Shown here piece by piece: positions 54,163-64,000 of a stretch of DNA of 64,000 nt. Both the position numbers and the translations under genes were made by a program. The notes under the pieces were generated by a model. That model saw only the letters and a program-made list of their open reading frames with translations, did not search any database and was not told where the DNA came from. Positions within the stretch are counted from its first letter, which is position 1; each line of letters starts with the position of its first letter. Source of the DNA: Gnetum montanum (Eukaryota; Plantae; Gnetophyta); the NCBI GenBank assembly GCA_015680685.1, contig MNCI01002465.1:423268-487267 (forward strand). Reading direction: 5' to 3'.

Positions 54163-55076
54163 TGATGAGTGGCGAGGTACCCCTACACTCAACCATATGA
54201 ATATGAGCGTGTATGCGCGATCCGATTGAACTCCGCAGACTAAATGCCTTAACGCCACAAGAAACACTTGGGGTTAATCGTTCGTTGTCTTCCCCGGCTT
54301 GCTTGTATGTGTCACGGTGTATGGTTAAGCAAGTCCGACGTATATGATTTTTTTGGTATTTTTCAGTTTATCTCCTAAGCTATGAGGGAAAGGGTTGAGA
54401 AACTAACTAACTCTAACTAATGTCCTAAGACTACATTAACTAGCGTCAGCATCCGTTACCACTTACCGGACACACCCTGAACTATGCAACTGTGGCTATC
54501 AAATGCTAATCGTTACTGGGATCACCACACATAACGTAAGTGCTCGAAGTGGTCGTACTGAGGCACCTATTTAGCCTAAGTATGATAAGTAGCCAATTCC
54601 TTGGCTAGCCGTACACACTTGTGGGTGCTCGTAAACAAGTCGTACTCACGTGTTGCGATGAGTAGGCGATTCCTTGATTAGCCGTACACACCCGTAGATG
54701 CTCGTAATCAAGTCATACTCATGCGCACTAGGAAAGCAATAAATAACAACAAAATAAAACCATGTACTGCAAGGTTTATCCAATCAAGTTCGTCTTTATT
54801 GCCGTACACAACTTGTGTTCAGGTTACAAAGTTGCTCGAATAAAGAGCCGTTCACTCTAGGACTCCTACTGCGGGCACATGGGAAATTAATCTAACTCTG
54901 GAGTGTTCAAACTGCCAGAGCTTCGCTACTTCTAGCTAGGATTGGGAAATGAAGGGAGTGCTGCCTCTTATTTATAGATATGGCGGCGGACCGTATTATC
55001 ACAGGGGATGCGATATCGTGGTGGCCGCGATATCGTGTACACGATATCGCGGCACTATGCATGTCGCGTCTCATCA
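54163..55076 (-). mobile_element. Solo LTR of the Athila-like family with 5-bp TSD
   Basis: TGATGAG...CTCATCA termini, with TCAAT at 54158-54162 and 55077-55081. Homologous to the LTRs at 32556, 41596, 44330 and 12668. CpG-rich, hence relatively young. Confidence 0.95.
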
Positions 55077-56817
55077 TCAATGGTTGGAAATGTTTGTTAT
55101 ATGTGAAACTTGGGATTTTGAGAGTGTTTCAATTCTCTCTTTAGATGTGCTTGATGAGATACTCCTTTGTGTAAGTGTATCTAATTGATCCATCAATGTT
55201 TTGCATGATTGATCTCTATGTGTGTTGCTAAGGTATTACTCTTTATGATGTTATGAGATTGATATTTCTCTGTTGTGTGATCATGCTTGATTGTTGGACA
55301 TGAGGCTAATGTGCTAATCATGTTCCTACTAACTTCTCTATTTCTGAGCTATTGTCTCAAGCTAGCAGGTAGCATAGGTACAAAGATGTGGGCACTAGTG
55401 ACCTCAATTAATTCTATGTGCACTATGTCTATGGGGAAGATGTGTGCTCTTAAGGCCTTCATGAATTGTTTACTTGGTCTTGGAATCCCAACATTGGGTT
55501 GTGGGTTTATTAGTACCTTGGTTGTGATGAAGTAGTAGGTACATCATGATTTGTTTGCCTCTCAATGCTAGGTGAGCACTAATAAAGGATGGTGATCCAT
55601 CCTAGACCTTGTAGATATTGGGTTAGTAGATGACATAGAATAGTATCCTTATCCATGCCAGATACTGATGGCCCTGGAGTGGCAAATTCCTTGAGGTCCC
55701 ACTATGGCAAGTGATGGATACTTAGTTGGTGTGTTTCATTATTGGATTTTTGCATTCGTGTCCTGATTTGTTTTTGTTTGATGGTAGTTGTGTAGTGGGT
55801 TTAGTGTGATAGCTATTCATGTACGTGTAGTGAGTGCAACATGACCAATGTTCATTTACATGCAAAGAAAAAGATAGGTTTTTCTTAGAATAGCATGATG
55901 CAACCTTGGTGTGCTCCTGGTGGCCTAAATCCTTTAGCTTAGGATAGGCTTAGGTAGTTTGTCCTATAGCCTTTTAGGCCTAGGTAGTAATCGCAAATGC
56001 CATGTATTATGCTCACTAAATGTATTCCTATCCTTGAGTGTGTGAGATTGCAATGTAGTCTTGTGATGTACTTAGTTTCGATAGTTTATACACAGAAAAG
56101 TGTTAGATGTTATTGCCCTATGTCAGTCAATTATCCCCTTGTTGTAGGCCTATGCCACACCTTGTGACAAGGCCAAGCTTGATTTATGGTGTTTTCCTAG
56201 TACTTGTTCTTGAAGCATCTCCTCTATATGTTGTAAGCAGCCTTTGTGCCTTGACGTGTAATTCTATTAAAAGCCCCATGGAAAATTCTCTTTGTTGAGA
56301 TATGGTGTTGTATGAGCAAGCTAGGATATGTTCTTGCCTAAGGTGCTCTTGAACTAATGATTTATGCTCTTGGTGATATTTTTGTGCCATGATATGTCCC
56401 TCAGTGAACATTCTTGAGATAGAATAAATTTTGGGAACTCTTCCTCTTGGGTTCTTGGACTAGCAGAAATCTTATTCATAGTTGATCGATGGTGGCATGT
56501 AGCGTAAAATTCAAACAAATTGGTTCGATGAGCTTGGTCTTAATAGTGGGTGATTCATGGTGGCCATGTGAATTGCAATGGTATACTAAAATTCAAATCA
56601 AGGTGATGCTACTATGTTTAGCTATGGAGTAGAGTTGAGTGTTGGGTATCAATACCTAGGTTCCATCTTCCATTACTGGATGTGATCATGGAACAATTTT
56701 GCAAACATTGGGATGGTAGTCCATCCTTGAATAAATGATGTTACAATTACAAAAATTGTGACATCTCTTGGTGGCCTTGCTTGATGGGCTTGGATGTACT
56801 TGAAAACACTTGAGGTT

Positions 56818-57043
56818 ATGCTCTCATGATTGGGGGCTTCTAGTACTTTTGTGGACAATGGTATGCTCTCATCATTGGTTGCTTCTGGTGCTTCGTGGAT
56901 GATGGTGTGCTCTTGTGACTAGTTTCTTTTGGTACTTTTGAGGGCTATGATGTGTTCTCTTGACTTGGAACTTATTGTTGCTTTTGTGGACTATGGTATG
57001 CTTTCATGACTAGGGACTAATGATGCCTTGTGAGCTATGGTGT
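56818..57043. repeat. Degenerate ~45-bp tandem array (5 units)
   Basis: Recurring ATGCTCTCATGA..CTTTTGTGGAC.ATGGT units. Confidence 0.75.
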
Positions 57044-59871
57044 ATTACCCAATATCCTTCATGTACTTTGTTCCTTGTGTACATTGATGTATCACACCAT
57101 TTCTCCCTAATGTATTATTCCATTTCTCTAGTGTATTGTTAAATTATGATAGTATCCTAAACTCTTTGGTGGGATAGCATGGCTAAGCACTATATTACTT
57201 GGTGATTCTCTAATCCTAGCAGGGGCCATCCTCCATAGCGATCAATACCCTCTTTAGTTCTTGAAATAATAATGTAGGTTGTATTGGGATGATTGTACCC
57301 TAGATGGGATTTTGAAGTAGTTGATGTTTGGAACTTGTTCTAAGTAGGTGTCTCATGTTTCTGAACTCTTGGGGCTTGTTTTTAGAGATAGAATGTTGTT
57401 ACAATAGTGGAATTCATAAAATCTCCCTTGTAAGGTCATGTTGCTGATGTAGCCTAAATGTATATATCTCTTCTCTTGTAAGCAAGGCATGATCGTATGT
57501 ACTCTCTCTCAGCTTTTGGGGCTCTACAGGGACTTCCTTGTTGGGGTTCTTTGGTAGACCTTTCTTATTGTAAACACTTTGGGGATGAGTCCTATGTTGT
57601 TCTGTGTTGGTAGTTGATGTTGTTGAAGCTCGTTCCTTGTAAAAATATCTTGAGGACCTAGTCCTCCTATGGGAAAGATATTCTTGTTAATCCTAGCATT
57701 TGTTGTTTAGGTCCAATGGAAATAGGTAGTGGCATAGCCTTGTGCACTACAAATGTTGTAAATGGAATGGACTGGGATGTATGAAATAAAAACCCAAATC
57801 TACCATGATGAAACCAAACTCCCTTTTGGTAAAATTTTGAGGGATGAACTCTTTTCTTGAGTTATTCTTAGGTGGAATCAAATGTGGGTAAGACCTATGA
57901 ATCCATGTCTTCCCTCAACTAGTAGCAATTTGATGATACAGTTGCATTAGCTATGTGAACTACTTGAGCATATATTATGGGTAAGGTGTAATTAGATTGC
58001 TATACTTGCCTATGGAAGAAAGCTTCAAAAAAGGATCTTTCTTTTGGGTTCAAAAATCCAATGAAAGGTGTGGATCGTGAGTTGTGGTTGTTCCTAACAT
58101 GGTTGAAAAATTCAGATTTTGGGAACCTAGATGTTCCTTGGAGAATTCATGATTGTGGTTATCCTTGGAGGTGATTCTACAAGCTTCCTTGGCTTAAGTA
58201 CTTAGAAAATGTTGCTTGTCCCATATCTCAAAGTGAGAAGGATAACTTGTAAGTTTCAAGTGCGGCTAATCCTTTTCCATGAATAGGAAATTATGGTTGC
58301 AATGGATGATGCAATAGTGGTTGACATGAGATGTGTATATGAAGGATTGTCTTGGGGTTGGCTACCGAACATTTCCTTCACTTGTTCTAGCATTCGAGTA
58401 GGCATTTTCGATCTTGAACAATCCCAAAAGATGTTGATGACAAACTAGGTTTATATGCTATGATAGCCTCATGGAGAAGTTTTCCAAAAAAAATTTGGAT
58501 CTTCTCTTTTGCTGCAAAAATTGAATAGTGTTGGGTGATGAAATGTGTATTGCAATGCTAGTGTGTTGGCAAATGACAAGGTCAAGCTCAAAAGATCTAT
58601 CCTTCTACCTTGTTTTGAAGGGAGATTATGCTCAACTCCCTTCATACTAGCCTAAATAGACATGAGGTGGGAAACAATGTGCATAGTATAGATGCAGTGA
58701 TTTAGTGCTTAGATGGTTGCACTAGTGAGACCCCATGGGTCCTGCTGCAAGAACTAGAACATGGAGTTCTAGAAAGCCTTAGTTTCTTCTGGAGACATGG
58801 CTCTTTTGGAGCATGTGCTCCCTCTCAATTATGTGTTCCCAAGTCCATCACCATGGGTAGTGGTGCTGGTGAGCCCTCAAAATTGATATAGGAAATAAAA
58901 AAAAATATCAAGGAAATTGATGGTGCTGAAATGCCATTTAGGAAGGAACTTGGTTGGACTTGTGGAAGAAGAGAGTATCTTCTTGCATAGGTATGGACCT
59001 ATGCAAGAAGATAAGTCTCTAGACCTAAGAAGGGATAGATCTAGCGGATGCCTTAGAGACGTTGGCCCTTTAGGTTGAGCTTCTCCCTCTTGTCATAGAG
59101 TAGGAAACATTTTTGAGTTTTCTACAAGTGTCCTTTGTGTTTCATGCAAGGCATTGGATGGAAGGACGTATTAGGTGTTGTGGTTAGTACCTCCCTTCAA
59201 GCCTTGCATCAGTTGAGTTGACAAGTTCCCTGTAGTTGATGGAGTTTCAAACCCATACTTGAAATGTACTCTTGAAGTCATCCTAGGCTCTGCTCCAAGG
59301 ATGTTGCATATTTTATGTGGGGGAGGATTATGATAGATGTCTTAGTGTAGCAATTCTCTTGGGCCATCCCCATGGTTTGGGGGCCACAAAACACTCTAAG
59401 GCACCCATGGGTGACACTCAAATGTTAGAAAACCCATCTCGACTTCGCGGTACCAAGCCAGTAGTAGGACACCCTCTAGTTACACCTCTCTATAAGTCCT
59501 CTTCATACTATCCTCGCTCGAAGAACTACATGGCCCTGATTCTATGGTAATTGTAGATATCTAGGTAGCCAAGACTGGATAGTTTTGGTGTGGTACCAAG
59601 CTAAACCTTCTACTAGATTATGAGGGTTCTAGGGATGAGGCGCCTCCTAGTAGATGCATCGTTCCTCTACTATTGATGTTGTTTGTGTACTTGTTTGTAA
59701 GGTCCTTGTTCAGAGTTAGTCATTCTCCCTAAGGTGCATTTCCATATATATTAAGAAGATATGTTGTTTCTTGCACCCTCCCTTGGGCTTCTTTCGTGCT
59801 AGAGGCATATTCCCTAGGTCTTCCACCCTAGATCCATTGGATCTTAGTGAATTCCTTGGGGTTCCAAATAA

Positions 59872-60350
59872 TGTAGGGGGAAATGTTATTATACAAAGAG
59901 TATTTTTTATTTTATTTATGTTTAGATTCACGGGTGTTTATATGTTTTAATTTTTAATCTTCCAATATCATTTTGACATCTAGGATTACATTGACTTTTG
60001 CAAGGTCAAGTATTAAGAATCCAAAGTTTGTGAGGAAACTTACAGCTTAAAGAAATTCCTAGATGATGAAAGTCTTGGATTTTCAAGGTGGAACTCAATG
60101 ATGTGACTAATTATGTTTCAAGTTTAATGACCTAGCTACCCTTGGCAATTGATACTAATTTGATGCAAAAAATTCATTTTTGGATAGCCTATAATAAATC
60201 TTAGTTCCTAAGATTTATGTTCCAATCATGATTGTAGGATGACTAATGAAACGATTTTAATGGCACACTAAATGAAACGATTTTAATGGCACACTAGGCT
60301 AGTGATTATGATTTTTAACATTGTAAATTCTACAAAAGTGACTTCCTAGA
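59872..60350 (-). repeat. Putative LTR (TGTAGG...CCTAGA) with an internal ~27-bp duplication at ~60245-60297
   Basis: Near-perfect inverted termini and PPT (rc AAAAAAGGGGGGC) at 60351-60363. Confidence 0.6.
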
Positions 60351-63300
60351 GCCCCCCTTTTTTGGTGAATTTTCCATTTTTGTTATCATTTTTTGCTGAA
60401 GCATAATTTATAGTAACTACAAATTCAATTAAGAACCTCAACACACAAAGTTATAATTTAATCAAGAAATTTATTGCTAGTTTCCACATAATTGGTACTT
60501 AGTTTCCCATCATATTCTTGCATATTCTACCAAGGTATTAATAGTTGAGAAATTAAATCTTAGTTGATTAAAATGTTTTTCTAATTAAAATTTTAAAGCA
60601 TGATAGATTGATGATGTTTTAGCAAAAGTCACAAACTTGCTTGAAAATACGAGTTCCTTTGTTTAAAAATATGAGATTAGGCCATATTTTAAGGAGATTT
60701 TGTCACATCCTATAATTTATGTTTTTATGTTGTAATATACTTGTGCTATAGTCCTAAGCTAGTTATGGATTTATCCTTCATCTTATCTATGTAAAATGGT
60801 TTGAAGTAAGGACTTGAATTTTAAAACACTTTGTAAGTGTACAATTAGTTTGTGTAAAAAATATATGAGAAGGTTGTATTTTAAGAGATTAGAATGTCAC
60901 ATAGAAAAATAGAGAAATGGAAAACTTGTTATGTTAATTTTAGAGTGATTTTAATGTTGTTTTATTAGGAATTCCTATTTCACTAAGGGTAGGTCCATTA
61001 CATGGGGTTCATAAACAATATCTTCCAAGATCCTCTAAAGATCCTTTATATAAAGTTAAAGGTTTTGTTTCTCTATAATTTTCTATGATGTTTGGTACCC
61101 AACCATGAATGTAGTATGTTTTGGAAATGATATTTGTAATATCAAATAATGCATTTCATTAGTTCTTATTCAAAATTGATAACTTGTTCTTTTCTTTTGC
61201 CATGATCCCTCATCAATGGAAACAGATAAACCAACATATATTGAGTTAGGAGGAAAGGGTTCAACAAAATAAATTGGTCATTAAAAATTAACCTTCTAGA
61301 AATTGAAAACCATTTTTACCTCTTTAGAAAGGTTGATGAAGTAGGAAAGGAAATTTTCCAACTTTGCTCTTGGAAAAATGTTTTCTCTTTACATCTTCCT
61401 ATAGCAAAAAGGAATTTATCAAATCTCAAACATAATTTAGGTATGCATAGAATGGACCAAAGACTAGTTGCTAAGCTTCATCATTTTAGGATTTATGACT
61501 ATTTATCACTAATATAATGAATAATATGAGACATAGCAAGGTTGATTGGCCCATCATTAAGGGTCAAATTTTATTTTGTTGCTCTTTCATTTCTAAACTC
61601 TTCACTTAAGAAAATTATCCAAAAGCCAACCACTAGATTAAAATTAACTCATCCATGAACATCATCATCTCTATTATCAAATGAATATTTATATTTATCA
61701 TATACCTCACATTTGAAAGAAGGGTTGGTTGGGTTTACCTCAACATTTTGTTAATAAGGCTATGAAGTAAATCTCAATGATAAAATGAAAATGTAAAACA
61801 AAGCATAATAGGTCATAATGTGCATATAAGAGAGAAAAAGGAAAGCCATAAATTCACTAGTTTTAAGCTTTAACATTTCATAACCCATACTTGTCTAGTA
61901 AGTATGGGATGCTCTCCAAAGAGTGTATAAGGCTAAAACTAGCAATGAAGCATGATACAATGTTGCAAGAGTAAACAAATGTCCATTAATAGAAGAAGGA
62001 ATAAGATGTCTACTATGAATTCATTGTTTGACCTTTGAGAGATCAAGGAATCATTTTAACATAACTTTATGTTCACCACCTTTCTTGTTAACTAGGGAGA
62101 GTTGTATGCATTTTCATTGATCACTTTGTGTCTTAGAGTTGATGTTGCTATCACCATTGTTTTCTTTATTATTGGTGGCCCTGGTATGACTATTGGAAGT
62201 TTCCTCTTGCAATTAAACCTCTAAACCTCAATCAATATTAACATAATTAACTGAAGGTAGCAACACATTATCTCCATGGATGACAATTTTTCCTCCCTCA
62301 TAAGGCAAGTGAATCTCTTGATTTATAGGAGATAAGACTGCAAAAGCTTTGCTAACCATGGCATTCCCTAAGATCAAGTTGAAGCTAGGTGTCTCTTCAA
62401 CTACTAGGAATTTGGTAGATGTAGGGAATTGCTCACTAGCCATGAAATCCAAGGAGATGGAACCTCACACCCCTTCTCATGACCCATTAAATGACTTGAG
62501 TGCTAAAGTAGTGGTTTCTTGGATGTTCTTAATTATACCTAGATTATCAACAACATAAGATGGTATCATATTTGTGATCACCCCATCATCCCCATGAACA
62601 TGGTGAACCTTGTATCTACAAACATGTATAGTAATGAGAAGAGGAGAAAATAGTAGTTCTATGTCTCAAGATTCAATTTTCATTTCACTATCATGGAAGT
62701 TGAGCATTGGTTGATGTTCATTTTCTCTAAGTGAATTTTTCTCTATGATAGAGTGAATTAACTCTATCTTGGTAGGCATGCCTCTACTCATAGGAATAGA
62801 GGTTAACACCTGAGCTAGTGCATCCCTATGTATAAGAGGAATCATGACCAAGTCATACAAGTTTGGTGATGTATTTTTTTGCTTAAAGAACCATTTGACT
62901 TGTTTCATTATTGTGAGAAAACTCTTTTCCTTGGCTCATGATGTTTCATCCTTAGTGGTTCTAACCTCCTCCATCCTTCCTAGGGTTGGTGGCTTAGGTT
63001 TCACTCCATGTACCCTGGGACCCTTGTCCATGGATGTAGTTGGTCTTAGTATAGCTTGTTTTGAAGCCTTTTATTATTAGCCACCTTCAATGGGCTTTGT
63101 TGTTGGTTTGGTGATAGGTTGATTTCATTGATATTACAATGATTATCTCTTACTAACCTTTAAGTTGTGGGCCATTATAAGAGGGCTTTGGTCATGAATT
63201 ATTATAGGCTTACTTGTTGAAGATGAAGGGATCTAGGTAATAAATGGTTCCCTAGGCTTTGGATATGATGAAAGGATTTCTAGGGATTGGAGGAGGTGGT

Positions 63301-64000
63301 ACCTACAATGGGAATAGCTCTCTAGGCTTTCTATTTTGGGATCATGGTGTTACTTTGATGACAAAGAGTTCTCTAGGAGGATTAGATCATTTGGTTTTTG
63401 TGAACAAGGCTACAATGTAAGAGTTGTTGTGGTACTTGGAGAGTTGGGCTTGTTCAACATCAACTCTCTATCGTCTATCATCTTCTAGAGGTCATCCTTT
63501 AATGATAAGAAAAAATCAATATCATGACCAACCATTTGATGATAATGATAATACCTATCTAGTCTGAAGCACTTTGGTAGCTCAGGATCAGCTTTAGTAA
63601 CCATAGTTGGATCTCTAGCTATGTCAGAAATATAATCATGCCTCTTACAAGCTTCTTTAGACAATTTCTTATGTTGTATATGGTTGTTTCTTAGAAACTA
63701 TTCTAAGAGCTCAGAGGGCTTCAAAGGAAACCTTATGTATCTAGACCTCTCCTTATGTCCAAAGTTTAGTCTTGGTTGATTTGGAGCATAGGAAGTGGAT
63801 GGTCATGATGAGTTAAGAATGTGTTGTGTGATGGTGATCCTCATATCTCTTCTTGTTTTGAGTCTTTGGTTACTACAACCATAGTTATATGTTTTTACTT
63901 AGTTTTATTCCTATCTCTCCTTGCATGTTGGTTTTTATAGGTCATATCAATTGAATCGTTACTTATCTTAGTTGCTTCCTTGATGTTCTTAGTTTGTAAG
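60351..64000 (-). mobile_element. Ogre/Tat-like element: gag and protease, then non-coding sequence to the PPT (no RT seen)
   Basis: Ogre-type knuckle YHQMVGHDIDFFLSLKDDL*KMID at ~63480-63550, HRDALAQVL at 62666-62908, and protease C-terminus FLVVEETPSFNLILG..AVLSPINQ..IHGD at 62228-62452. Confidence 0.7.

Larger units (their letters stand above)
52955..59871 (-). mobile_element. Very degenerate Tat-clade Ty3/gypsy remnants (probably two pieces), interrupted by a solo LTR
   Basis: gag-like sequence at 53050-53640, integrase-like at ~57500-58500 and RT-like at ~59000-59280. 52975-53060 and 59420-59515 are related. Confidence 0.5.

Noticed and set aside
52955-59515. 52955 and 59330 (both TGATAG) as paired LTRs of a plus-strand element with a PPT at ~59318
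   Set aside because: Similarity is patchy and short, and the internal domains are on the minus strand; related gag segments explain it better.

Overview
This is AT-rich, CpG/CHG-depleted plant heterochromatin. I found no intact protein-coding gene, RNA gene or CRISPR array. Most of the window is nested, degenerate LTR retrotransposons: three Ty1/copia elements, two copies of a pol-less SIRE-like family, four pieces of one Athila-like family (one near-complete element, one pol-less derivative, one 3' fragment and a young solo LTR with a 5-bp TSD), a Tat element with PROT-aRH-RT domain order (suggesting a gymnosperm host), and Ogre/Tat remnants. The most notable content lies between the TEs and consists of host-gene fragments, all on the minus strand. 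First, an intronless DUF707 retrocopy is fused to an intronless plastid G6PD retrocopy, and this fusion is present twice with the same junction. Second, a roughly 2-kb mosaic joins a spliced MED15a C-terminal fragment, two intron-separated exons of a FEY-like short-chain dehydrogenase and two intron-separated exons of a vacuolar sorting receptor, downstream of a CpG-rich segment. All family calls come from manual motif recognition; no database search was run, and boundaries marked ~ are approximate.
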